From NCBI RefSeq assembly GCF_009914755.1, contig NC_060942.1: a DNA stretch of 64,000 nt; one strand, given 5' to 3'. The position numbers were made by a program, and so were the translations under genes. The notes below the pieces were generated by a model, which was not told the origin of the DNA, did not search any database, and saw nothing but the letters and a program-made list of their open reading frames with translations. This stretch comes from the human T2T-CHM13v2.0 reference genome, Homo sapiens. This document shows positions 1-15,403 of the stretch, piece by piece; the stretch's first letter is position 1; each line of letters opens with the position of its first letter.

Positions 1-44
1 TCTAAAGTTTTAATGCTGGAAATCAACTTAATTAATTAATTAAT

Positions 45-352
45 TTTTATTTTTATTTTTATTTTTTATTTTTGAGACAGAGTCTCATTCTGTCGCTTAG
101 GCTGGAGTGCAGTGGTGCGATCTCGGCTCACTGCAACCTCCGCCTCCTGGGTTCAAGCAATTATCTGCCTCAGCACCCCAAGTACCTGGGATTACAGGTG
201 TCTACCACCACGCCCGGCAAATTTTTTTTGTATTTTTAGTAGAGACGGGGTTTTACCATCTTGGCCAGGCTGATCTTGAACTCCTGACCTAATGATCCAC
301 CCGCCTTGGCCTCCCAAAGTGCTGGGATTACAGGCGTCAGCGCCCGCGCCTG
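45..352 (-). mobile_element. Alu SINE (AluS-type)
   Basis: T-rich tail followed by reverse-complement Alu consensus (gagacagagtctc...cctcccaaagtgctgggattacaggc). Confidence 0.95.
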
Positions 353-376
353 GTGAAATGAACCTATTTTATATAA

Positions 377-685
<309 letters not shown>

Positions 686-705
686 CTATTTTATATAATT
701 TCTAA

Positions 706-954
706 ACTTTTTATTGATACAACTTATTAATACATATAGAAAAATGCATATGGATCTTAAGCATACACCTTGCTGAATTTTTCAAACTGAAAACACCTAG
801 CTAGCCAGCTCCCAGCTCAAAAGGCAGAACATCACCAACCTAGACTCTCCTTCCCTTCACCCTCCCACTCACTCCCCAAGAGTAACTACTAGTCTGGCTC
901 CTCACACCTGAGGTTACTTTTGCCTGCTTTGAACTGTATATGAACAAGATCACA
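706..954 (-). mobile_element. Old L1M (L1MC/ME-like) 3'UTR fragment
   Basis: tttttattgata...catatagaaaaatgca...gaacatcacc...gttacttttgcctgctttgaact resembles an antisense L1M 3' end. Confidence 0.6.
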
Positions 955-1250
955 TTTTTTTTTTTTTTTGAAACGGCGTCTCGCTCTGTCACCCAGGCTG
1001 GAGTGCAGTGGCACTATCTCGGCTCACTGCAAACTGTGCCTCCCGGGTTCAAGCAATTCTCTGCCTCACCCTCCAAGTAGCTGGTATTACAGGCATCTGC
1101 CACTATGCCCTGCTCAATTTTTTTGTATTTTTAGTAGTGACAGAGTTTCGCCATCTTGGCCAAACTGGTCTTGAACTCCTGACCTCATGATCCACCCGCC
1201 TCGGCCTCCCAAAGTGCTGGGATTACAGGCGTGAACCACCCCACCCAGCC
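955..1250 (-). mobile_element. Alu SINE
   Basis: Poly-T plus antisense Alu; flanks aagatcacat / aagatcatat look like a TSD. Confidence 0.95.
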
Positions 1251-1554
1251 AAAGATCATATTTTTTAAAATGCACTTTTTTTTAAATTTCAGTTTACACC
1301 TAGAGGAATTCAGGATGGAGTTCTTTTTGGTTTGGACAACTGCAAGCTACTTTAAAATCACAATACATGGGCTAGGATGTGATTTAAAAACCAAATTATT
1401 TTACTCTGCCTGATCAACTCGCCAACCGGTCTCGGCAGTTTCTTTCTAAGGGTCCCCTGGGCGCCATTGCTAACCCTTCCCCTTCTTAGAATGCTTAAAT
1501 CCTGTGAATCCTGTGATTCTAAGGCCCAATCTAGACCAGCTAAATTGGGTCTTT

Positions 1555-2228
1555 TTATTTTTTTTAACCTTTTCTTTTAGAATATTTTTAGGTTTACAGG
1601 AAGGTTGCAAAGAGAGTTCCAGTATTACCCCATATTCAATTTCCATCTTAAATTATTCTGTCAATATTCGTCACAACCCTGAAACTAGCGTTGGTATATT
1701 ACTATTAACGAAATTCCATACTTTACTCCAATTCATTTTTCCCTAACGTCCTTTTTCTCTTCCAGAACCCATCCAGGATTCCACACAGGTCAAGTATTTT
1801 GTAGAATGTCCTTCAACAGGATTTGTCTGATGTTTTTCTCATCGTTAGACTGGAATTATGGGTTAGGGAAAAGAAGTCCACATCATATTGCGGTGCATGC
1901 TGTCAACATGACTTAGCACTGGTGATGCTGACCTTCAGCACTGGTCAGGTAGTGTTTGCAGGTTTCCCCACTATAAAGTTCTTCTCTCCCACAACCTCCT
2001 TCCATACTGTGTGTAGCCTTTGGAAGCAAATCACTAAGGGCAGTGCACCCTCAACGGGAGAGGGAATTAGGCTCCACTTCCTTCAGGGGAGTTTACCTAC
2101 ATACACAGATACGTAGTGTTTTGTCTACATGAATTATTTGAAATTATCTGCATGCGAGATTGTCTCTTCTTCTCCATGTACTTATCCAACCATGCCTTTG
2201 TATTAGCATGGGTTCATTCACAAGTATT

Positions 2229-2275
<47 letters not shown>

Positions 2276-2790
2276 TTGAGACAGAGTTTCGCTCTTGTTG
2301 CCCAGGCCGGAGTGCAGTGGTGCAATCTTGGCTCACTGCAACCTCTGCTTTCAAGTGATTCTCCTGCCTCAGCCTCCCGAGTAGCTGGGGTTACAGGTGC
2401 CCGCCACCACGCCCAGCTAATTTTTGTATTTTTAGTAGAAATGGGGTTTCACCGTGTTGGCCAGGCTGGTCTCAAAACTCCTGACCTCAAGTGATCCGCC
2501 TGCCTCAGCCTCCCGAAGTGCTGGGATTACAGGCGTGAACCACCGCACCCGGCCCCTATTTTATATTTTATATTTGAATCTAATACTACATTATTGATTT
2601 TGTTGTTCCAGTTGTTCCAGGTTTGAGGCTGGGCCCTCTTTCAGGTTGGTCCCTGTGTCCTTCTGACATACCCACATCCCTTTCATCTTGAGCACTTTCT
2701 TACTTCCCAGAACCACAAGGTGTTCCGGACTCATCTTCAGCATTTCCAGCCCCAGTCCTAGGATCCGCCATTTTTGAACATTTTGAACAG
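1555..2790 (-). mobile_element. L1MC-like 3' fragment, split by the Alu at 2227-2554
   Basis: ttttaggtttacaggaaggttgcaaaga, tattttgtagaatgtcc...gatttgtctgatgtttttctcat, ttcaggttggtccctgtgtccttctgaca are typical L1MC 3'UTR motifs. Confidence 0.65.
2227..2554 (-). mobile_element. Alu SINE with (TTTA)n tail microsatellite
   Basis: (TTTA)n at ~2227-2278 followed by antisense Alu consensus. Confidence 0.95.
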
Positions 2791-3180
2791 AGCAGACTGG
2801 CCAGTTTTGACCCCTTTTTCCATTAAGATGTAGGTAGTTCTCTTGCGGGAAAGAACCCAGCCTTATTATCTGGTGCAAGCCAGTCAATTGCAAGTAACTT
2901 GAAAGGGAGTTCAGTGTTTTACAGGGTGTTTGTTTCCATGGCTGGCATAGCTAGGACCTCACCTTCAGGCCCATCGCCCTTTCTCTCAAAAGGTTTTCAG
3001 TTTGCTAGAAGCCACTTTCCTCCCTCACTTTACTTAGATTGCAATGTAGACCCGCCCCAAGTGAGTCAGGCTAAGGAGTTGAGAGAATAATTTAGAGAGG
3101 CCCTCTTCTCCTCCTGCAAGTCCTTTGACCTGCCAGCCTGCAAATCTGCTATATAAAGATAGATAAGTAGCCAGCTAGCT

Positions 3181-3191
3181 ACACACACACA

Positions 3192-3229
<38 letters not shown>
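3181..3229. repeat. (CA)n microsatellite
   Basis: Near-perfect AC dinucleotide run with one interruption. Confidence 0.97.
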
Positions 3230-3234
<5 letters not shown>

Positions 3235-4229
3235 CAAAACCGAGAAGGCTACGGAGAGAGGGCAGTGGAGGCATTCACTCTGAGAATTACTGTTCAAAGG
3301 GGAAAAACAGGGAGGCACTTGGGCAATCCAGAAATGCAGGTCTGAGCTGGCCTAGGGTTTTAGCAAAGGAGGAGTGAGTTCTTCAGAACAGGACCAATTA
3401 AAACCTTTTAAAGTAATTGTTCCCCTGCCTTCTTTCAAAGTTGAGCTCTAATCGTGGCCTTTCATTCTTCCCACCACTCCATCATTTTAAATTAACCTTG
3501 CGATTCCCTGCAGCTGCCTCTCACCCATCACAGACATGCTAATGCACGTGTGTGCTGCTGGGGGGCGGTGGGAGGGGACCCTGACACTAGCTTTGTGAAA
3601 CAGCATCCCTGTGGGCTCTGTTCCACTCACCCCCCTACCCACCCTGGCAGAGCAGAGGGGAGGGAGGAAGGAAGCAGGCAGGTTAGCAGAGCGCAGGACC
3701 AGGCAGTAAAGTCTCCTAGCTGCGCTACCTCGCTACCTCGGGGTGTCCACATTACTCAGCCCCTCGGAGCCATGGGGGTGGGGAGGGCAGGGCCTCCTGG
3801 GACAGGACCATAAACCGTTTATGAATCCCTAAATGTGACACATCAAGTCGACATCACCTGTTCACCTTCATTCTTCTCTCCCTTTGTGAAAAGTCTCTCT
3901 TCGCATTCCCTCCGGGCCTCTCCCCTCCTGACCCTTTGGAGTAGGAGCCTTCAAAGCCCTGAAGGTTCCCAAGTGATGTGGGAAGTAAAGTTCTCAATGG
4001 AGGTCTCCTCCTAGTGAAAGGGCACTCTGTACTTAATGGAACTGGCCAGACCGTGAAGGTTACCTTGACCTTGTCTGCATGATAAATACAACTGGAGCGG
4101 GGCGGAAGGCACACCATTCAGAAAAGCAAACTGCTTGCATCTTCTTTATTTTTAATCTCACTCCATTTTGCTTCTCTGCAGGATCAAAGCAAGTTAAGGA
4201 GAGACAGCCTCTGTCTTTCAATCCTAGGG

Positions 4230-5900
4230 GCAGCTCGTGCAGTCGCCCCGCCGCGGCCACTCTCCTAACACGGGCAGAGGGGGCAGCGACGTGCCCCGGT
4301 CGCTCAGCCAGCTGGTGGCAGGGCTGTGACGGCAACCCAGGCCCCCAGACGCCTCTCCGCGTCTAGGCGCTTCCCATAATGGAAGGCTTCGCTCCATTAA
4401 AAGTTATTTTAGGGAATCCACAAGCCCACCGCCATCCCCCCCAAAGTGGAAATTTTATGTAAACGAGTCAAAATAAAGCAACAGTTTCTTAATAAGTATG
4501 TTTGGAGTTACACTCTGGACTAAGACGAGCCGAATCGGGCGAGGGGATGCGGACTTAAAGGTTCCAGTGTTCTTCTCCATACGGCAAGACTATTTTTAAA
4601 AATTTAAGGACGTCTTCCAGTCCACAGTCCACACCGCCTACACCCCCGCAGGTCAGACAGGCGCGAGTTCAGCCCGGTGACCCCGCCATCCTCGCGGCCC
4701 CCACCCTGGGGCCAGGGAAGAGGGCGCGGCCGACCCCAGCCCCCTCACCGAAACCGCGCCTGTCCCCTCCCCCATCGCGGTCCCGCACGGCGGCGGAGGG
4801 GCCGAGGGGTGGCGGCACCGGGATCCCGCCGCCACCCCGGCGCGCACGGAGGCAGGGTTGGGGGAAACACGATTCCTGGGGAGATTGGAGGAGGCGATGC
4901 CGCCGAGGCTGCGGGGGAGTTCTCCCGGAGAACTCGGGGGCCGGGTGGGAATGCGACCTCCAGGGCAGCTATCGCTGCTCCCCCGTAACTGCCGCAGGGA
5001 CCCTCCCGGGGTGGGGGTGGGGACGCGGGGCTTCCGTCCCTTCCGGGCCGCGGAGGTGCAGGCCCGAGGGGCCCGTGCAGTCAGACGTGCAGTGTGCGCG
5101 GCCCGTGACTCAGCCGGGTGGCGACGCGAGGCCGGGGAGGCAGGGGGAAGGGGCGGGCGGGCCGGGCGCGCAACCGGGACCCCGCGGCCTCGGGAGAAGC
5201 GAGGTGCGCGCGCCCAGGAGTGGGGGGCGGGGCGGCGGGCGCGCGCGCAGCGGAGGCGCCGGGCGGCGGCGAGGGCCGGGCCGTATGCCGTCTTCCCGGC
5301 GCCGCGCTCCCAGAGCTCGCGCCGCCTCCCGGGGCGCCGCGCGGGTGGCGCAGGTAGAGGCCGGGCGGGGGTGGCAGCCACCCCGGGGCTCAGGTTCCAG
5401 CCGCCAGGCTTGGCCCTCAGCGGGCGCTGTCAGAGGGCGGGCCCGCGGGAGCGGGGCGGCGGCGGCGGCGGCAGAGGAGCGCAGGGCGGGCGGAGACCGT
5501 CGGGGTCACCTCTCCAGCCCCCCGCGGTGGCCGAGCCACCCGCAGTTGCGCTCGAGGCGCCGAGGCGGGGTGGCCGAGCGAGACCCGGGCCGGGCGCGGC
5601 TCGGGCCGCACAGCCGCGGCGGCGGCTGCAGACCTGTAAACCTTAATGACAGCAATCTTGCCCGTCTGCGCCTCTGACTCACGTGGTGACCCAGCCTCCA
5701 GTCACCCGGCGGCCGCCCTCCGGCCTCAGTTTCCCCCGCCGCCGAACAATGAAGCCACTGTGTCGCCGTTCATTTCTGAGCGCCGTTTCACACGCGGAGC
5801 GCCGCCGCCTCCCTGGGGAAGGGACCGAGGCGTCCGGCTTTTAATTATCCCCGGTGGGCGGGCGTGGGGAGGCCGCGCTCTGCTGGATAATTGAACCCTG
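4230..5900. promoter_or_regulatory. CpG island / probable promoter (gene not identified)
   Basis: Very high GC and CpG density, no repeats. GC boxes near 5147-5237; tandem ETS sites cttccgtcccttccgg at ~5031-5046; TGACTCAGC at 5106-5114; TGACTCA overlapping CACGTG at 5675-5685; (GGC)6 at 5455-5472. Confidence 0.9.
4308..4322 (+). promoter_or_regulatory. Candidate CTCF site at the CpG island edge
   Basis: CCAGCTGGTGGCAGG is close to the CCASYAGRKGGCRS core (one core mismatch); motif only. Confidence 0.35.
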
Positions 5901-5971
5901 GGACTATTCCCTCGTCAGCCCAAGCTCTTTATCTTAAGCCGTCCTTTCCTCTTCATCGTATTTAAATTTTA

Positions 5972-6403
<432 letters not shown>

Positions 6404-6599
6404 TCAAGGGTTCAGTCAATTTGCTCGCAACGAACTTGAGCCCTTCCTGTGGGCCAGGCCCAGTGTGCCCAGCACTGAAGCCACCGCTGCTCAGAAGCCA
6501 CAGCAGGTTCTGAGGAGGCACAGCGGCGGAGAGGCCACCTCTTCCTGGTTCTGTTCTGCAGGCATAAAAGGGATCAGACTACTGACGGGCGAAGCTGAG

Positions 6600-7082
6600 T
6601 AAACCCCACATACATTATTATGCTGAGTGAAGAAGCCAAACACAAAAGGATACATATGGTGTGGCCCCCATTTATGGAAAACCCTAGAAGAGACAAATGT
6701 AGTCCCTAGTCCACCAAAAGTATTGGTTGTCTTGCGGTGGGGGTGGGGGCAGTGACTGGGATGAGGACAAGGGAATTCTGGGGGTGATGGAACTGTCCCA
6801 TATCTTGATTCAGTCTCTGGCACCTGCGACCGCAGAGCACTCCCCACCCACCTACCGGCCTCTCTGGACCCTGAGACTTCAGGTTACTGAGGAGTCAGTA
6901 ACCTTCCCCACTGGAAGGCCTTTCCCCCATGGCCCCTCACCCCCCATTCCTCCCTGGCCCTGGGTGCCCCATTTCCGGGAGCGGTTATGTGGATGGAAGT
7001 ATACAGTTGTCCCAACTCATCCAACACTGAATGCAAAATGGGTGCATCATACTGTATGTAGGTGGTACCCCAAGAAAGCTGG
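6600..7082 (+). mobile_element. Old L1M 3'UTR fragment interrupted by a ~160-bp non-L1 insert
   Basis: attatgctgagtgaagaagcc...ggggtgatggaactgtcccatatcttgatt | insert | ...ggttatgtgg...atgggtgcatcatactgtatgt follows L1M 3' end order on both sides. Confidence 0.7.
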
Positions 7083-7614
7083 CCGAAGCCCTAAGGGTGT
7101 GGGAAGCCAGGAGGCTAGGAGGCTTGGTGAGGGTAGCACTTTGGTCATGGAAGGGGATGGAGAGGAGAAACGTTGCTTGTTGAGGTCTCCAAAGAGAAGG
7201 CGTCACATGTTTTATGGAAATCTTACAAGCCCCAAATGTTACTATTATTATCCCCGTTTGACTACTGGGGAAACAAACTTAGGCTGAGTGAGCTGCCCAG
7301 CCTCCCTAACCCTGTCCCTGGCAGATGGTACTGAGAGGATCTGTCTTCCTCTCTCAGTGGACACGACAGATTCATCGCTGTGTGGGGGACACCGAGTGTG
7401 AGCGTCAGGGTCAGCAGCAGGGCCTTGGAGGCAGAGGGGACCCTGTGAGAATCCTGCCCTCTTTCTAGTGCTGTGACCTGGGCCATATTGGCTTCTCTCA
7501 ACCCCAGGCCAAGTCCTCCCCTGTGTAAGATGGAGAAGGTCCCACCTCGGGCCTGGCGTGAGGAGATGAGGGCGCTTAGGTGGGTGCCTGGTTCGAGGCG
7601 TGCCCGTGGTGTTA

Positions 7615-7690
7615 GCTGTACCTCTGTGACCTTGGGCGAGTCCCTTCCCTGTAAGGGCCGCAGTGTCCTCATCTGTAAAATGAGAGGGTG
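7615..7690 (+). mobile_element. MIR core fragment
   Basis: ctgtgaccttgggcgagtc...cagtgtcctcatctgtaaaatg. Confidence 0.75.
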
Positions 7691-8413
7691 GCTTTAAACC
7701 ACCTTCCACATCCTGGTATCCTGGAGTATTTGGAGGGGCCACGGGGGAAAAGCAATGGAGGAACTTCCGGGGAGGGGCAGCAGGTGCAATTGAAGGAAGG
7801 AGGTGTCCCGGGCATCCCCATTGCTTCTGTGGAACCCAGGAGGGTGAGGGGTCTGTGGGGTCGTGTTCTGACCCATGTCCTGCACCATGAAGGGGAGATT
7901 CCTCCAACACCATGGCTGAGGGGGCCGCAGCATTGCTGGAACTCATCAAGGGCATAGGGTGTGGGGCTTTGCTCCCTTAGGAAGCGGCCTCCTCCACCGT
8001 TGGGCAGTTCCGGTTTCCAGAACATCATCCTTGTGTGGACCCAGCATCTCCCCCAGATCTCTTCTGAGCCTCCGACCAGGCACCTCAAGCTGAGGGCATC
8101 CCTTGACCAGGAATATTTTCCTCGGCTCAGTCTGTCCAGACCGTTCCCTCCCTAACTAAGGGATAGTCCAGAGTTCTGGAAGGAAGGGCCTTCCTGAGGG
8201 GAGGCCAGCTGTGCCTGCCCACTGAGGACCTTCAGCCCGTTCTCTGCCATTGCAGACCCCATGTCGGCCCCACTCCCAGGGGCAGGCGAAGGCTTGGCCA
8301 CTGAGACACCTGAGTTTCTGGCTCTAGGACGTGGCACCCTCACAGCTAGGCCTCCCAGCTCTCCCTGCACAGAGGCCACCCAGCCTGGGAGGCTTGCAAA
8401 GTGCAGCACAAAT

Positions 8414-8690
8414 TCACACACCCCACATCACACACACCCACACACAGCACACACACATACACCACACGCATACCACACTAATTCTCCATTCTCACACCAT
8501 GTACACACAACGCAACCCTCTCCAACCACACATACCTCGCTCCCTGCGTGTGTGCGTATATACCACATCCCCCACCCCCACACAACACACAACACAACCC
8601 TCTCCAACCACACATACCCCGCTCCCTGCACGTGTGCGTATATACCACATCCCGCACCCCCACACAACACAGTCACACTCTATACCCAGA
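8414..8690. repeat. CA-rich low-complexity tract with internal 82-bp tandem duplication
   Basis: caaccctctccaaccacacatac... starts at 8513 and again at 8595. Confidence 0.9.
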
Positions 8691-9399
8691 GAGTCTCACA
8701 TGTAGCACCCAGGTTGTGTCCTACACAAGGGTGCCCAGCTGAGGGTCTGAGGCAGCTCCCAGGGTCCTGGGGCAGGGCTGGGCACCTGGAGGGAGGAAGG
8801 GTGCCTCCTAACTGGCATGAAGGTGCCCTGTGCACTGGCTGAGACTCTGGCACCCATGACCACAGAGCACTCCCCACCCAACTCCAGTCCTCTCTGGACG
8901 GTGAGACATCAGGCCCCTGAGGACCCCCAGCCCTCCCTACTGGAAGGGCCTGCCCCATGCCCCACTCCACCATTCCTCCCTGGCCCTGGGTACCCCACTA
9001 GTGAGTACCTGGCTCCAGGCACAACTGGCTCTTCCCTCTCCAGGCCCCTCAGTCTCTTAGTACCTGGACCATTCCCTTCATCCCCCACATGCTTATGGGG
9101 CACCTGCTGGTGCCAGGCCCTGGCTCAGTGCTGGGGAGCCAGAGGGGACAAAGTCACACTCATCCTCAGCAGGCATCTGCCATCTACACACCAATGGCCA
9201 TGCCCAGGGAGCAGGACTGTGGCAGAACATCCCTGGCAGCTGTGGGAGCCCCCTGACTAGGGAGCAGTCAGGGAGAGCTTCCTGAAACAGGTGGCAGTAG
9301 ACAAAGGCACACGCCTTCTAACTGCTGTGACTCACTGCACGCTGATCTCTGCCCCCTCTCACCACAAAGGGAGGCCGTGGTGTGGAATAGAGACTGGGC

Positions 9400-9720
9400 T
9401 TTAGTCGCAACCTTGGGAAAGTGTATCAGCCTCGGCCTTAATGTCCTTGTCTGTGGGATGAGAATTTCAACACTGCCCTTGCAGGAGAATAGTTGAGGTG
9501 GCATAAGGTGGGTGCTGAAGCCAGACAGACTACCTTCAGTCTCAGCGTCGTCACTATGAGCCATGCAACCTTGGGGAAGCTAGCTTCCCTTTCTGGCGCA
9601 GTGTCTTGTCTGTAACATGGGAGTCCTAACAGGAAGTCTCTCATAGAGTTATTTTGAGTATTTAAAGCATTTTGATTTGGAAAGGGTTTAGAATAGTGTT
9701 TGGCCCACAGTGAGCACTAT
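9400..9720 (+). mobile_element. MIR fragments
   Basis: Two copies of accttggg.aag...tctgt followed by gggtttagaatagtgtttggcccacagtgagcact. Confidence 0.6.
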
Positions 9721-10092
9721 GTGTACAGAATATATGGACATGCTGAGCAGTCCTGTAGGTCATGGGGGCTCACCAGATACGCCATGATGAACATGACCTT
9801 GGATATGTTTCTTCCCTCTGGAATTTGAACTCTTTAACTGTCTCTGAAGGGAGAGATGGCAGGCTGGGGCAGAGACATGTTTGCTGTGCTCCATGGAGAC
9901 TCACAGCCAGCCTGGGCCTTGGTTTGTGGAGGGGTGGGGCAGTGACAAGGAGGTGCCCTCGGTCCATAGGTGAGTGGCCAAGGGTGCTGACCTTGTGCCC
10001 ATCTCCTCCCAGCTGGCACTGTCTCTGGGAAGATGTAATGCCACCCATGGTGATTTCATTGCGGCCCTAACCTCTCCTTTCCCTGAACATAG

Positions 10093-10480
<388 letters not shown>

Positions 10481-10619
10481 ATTTCCTTCTTTTCAAAGTA
10501 AATATGTAAATACAAAAGAGCCTGGCCGTTCCTTGCAGAGTTGAATATAGATTTCCTCTGTGACCCAACGGTTCCACTCCTCAGTGGAATGAAAACATGC
10601 ACCCTCATCTGTGACATGG

Positions 10620-11470
<851 letters not shown>

Positions 11471-12709
11471 AACAAATAAATACACAAGGAAATACAAATA
11501 TGGTTCTTTCCAGCCAGGAAAAGTGGTCCTCTTTTTGGGGTGGGGACAGAGTAGCAAGTCCGGGGCAGAGCTTGGTGTCTTCATGATCTCCCGCAAGCAC
11601 CTCTCCAAGCCCATGGGCCACCCACAGTCTAGACTATCCTTCCCCTTCTTCTGTGACTGCGTGCACAGTACAGCTTATCTCACCTTCCTGCTTCCCTTCC
11701 TCCCCACCGCTAACTGCCCAGGAAATCCCTCTCACTCACTGTTCGGCACCCAGCTCACACATCACCCCTCCTCTGTGTGTCTGCTGGCCACCCTCCCCCA
11801 GAACCTTTTGCTCCCTAGTGGGCGTCCCTAGGATTTTGCTTGTTTGGTCGTTAAGGGGATTATGATTCTTTAGTTGTCTCTTTCCACAGGTGAGCAGAAA
11901 TTCCTTGCAACTGTCTCATACCTGGTTTATTCTTGGAACAAAACTAGGTGCTAAATAAATGCTTGTACAGTTAATTTGTAAACAGGTACTTGAACTGAAC
12001 CAAAGAATCACAACTTTCCAACTGAAAAGTTCAACCCTGAACTCAGATATGATGATGATGATTTTTTTTTTTACCGATTCCTTATTTGTCAATTTTCTTT
12101 AACCCAAGAAGTACCCAATGAACCAGTTTGAATTGGAACCAGATCTATGCATGTTCTAAATGTATTCCAGTTGGACTGGAATAAAATTAGAACAATATTT
12201 TCCAAGCTGAAAACATCCCAAACTAAAGCCTTAAGGGTCTAAGTGCCCTTTGTTCAAGGGACTCTTGAAGGGCTGGGTCCCTCCTGGCCTTGAGGTACCT
12301 GAGACCCTAAGGTTCTCAGCTTTCTGAAACTTGTCCTGATCTCCCCGTGATCCACTCTCATAATGAACTGTTGTGACATGGAAGCCAGAGACGATTATCT
12401 CTGTTTTACAGATAGGGATCAGCCCTGTCAAGGTCACACAGGCAGGACCTGAGGCCAGATCTGCCCCTGCAGGCCTGGTTCCTAACCACTCTGCTATTTG
12501 ACTCCATGGCAGGAAAAACATCTGCCAAAGACATTCCCTTAAGATGTCACCATAAAAAGGCTTAAGGTATTAGTTCTCTCTAGGGCATTTTCAGACAGTT
12601 CTTGGGGAATAGCTGTTTGTAAAAAGAGCTCACCATTTACTGGCCTTTTTTTTTTTTTTTTTTTGATCACACCTTCTAAAGTATAAGCTGTTGGTAGAAA
12701 AGCATCTGC

Positions 12710-13185
<476 letters not shown>

Positions 13186-13422
13186 TTGTCATACAGCACT
13201 GAGCACTTGGCAGGCAGCCAGGATTTGCTGATGAAAGGAAGGAAAAACAGAGAAGGAAGGGACTGAGAGCTCACTCAAGTATTTCACAAGATAATCTTTT
13301 TCTGCTTGGTACACAGTAGGTGCTTAATAACAGTTGCATGTACAATAAATGAATGCCTGTGGTCATCCAGACCAACAGGCCAGTGAGCAGCCTGGGGACC
13401 CATTGGAGCTCCTCCAGGGTCA

Positions 13423-14250
<828 letters not shown>

Positions 14251-15049
14251 GTGGGTGGGGTGGCTGTGGGTAGAATGGAGAGGAGAAATAGGAGAGGTGG
14301 AGAGAGAATGAGAAGGCAGAATAAAGAGAAAAGAGAGAAGGGGCACAGGTGCTGAGGTTGAACAGTGAAGGTACAAGGGCTCCCGGGGCTTGATGGGTCA
14401 CTAGCCTGGACTGGTCACTGATGCAGGCTTCAGGTCAGGGCCCAATTCTCTTCTCTCCTCTAACAGTGCTTCAGGAGAGCTGAGGAACTTGTTGGATATG
14501 GAGCTGGGCACAGCAAAATCTCCACCCCCAGCTCAGATGGAGGAGAAACCTGGTGCTCCAATAAAGGAGTGTTTATCCCTTTAAGAGTCACAGCCCTGTC
14601 CAATTTTGAATATAAATTTTCCTTGAATCTATCACATATTGCCCTGAGCAGAGTTGAGTGCTTTCTTGGTGACTCGCGATCCCCTCTATGAATCTTATCA
14701 TTTCCTTGGGCTTTGAGAGCCCACGACTTCAGAGCACTATGGCAGCCAGCACCCCACCACCCCATCCCTATACCAAATACTCCAGACAGCCAAGTTTTGA
14801 TCATTTTTTCCCATAACAGTTCTTTTCCCTCCTTGCACCTTTTTCTCCTGCATGGATTTGGATATCTGTTCACACAGGCAGTTGCAACTGTACGTAACAT
14901 ATGAATTCAAAGGTTTTGACTGAAGGCTCACGAATAAACAAAGAGCTTGTGTTTTAGAGCAGGGGTTTTTAATGTCTATTTGGGCTGCTCAGAAGTCTTT
15001 TCTATTTTAATTCTGGTCCTATGGGGGTTTTAGATACATGGATTTGTGA

Positions 15050-15403
<354 letters not shown>

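Noticed and set aside
4653-5677. 200-262 aa Arg/Gly/Pro/Ala-rich ORFs in several frames on both strands
   Set aside because: Expected in a very GC-rich CpG island; no recognisable domain. Only short first-exon candidates are kept as a low-confidence finding.
4230-5900. Assigning a gene symbol to the island
   Set aside because: It did not match any first exon or N-terminus I could reliably recall; naming it would be a guess.
8261-8842. 193-aa His/Thr/Pro-rich ORF
   Set aside because: Product of the CA-rich tract and its 82-bp duplication.
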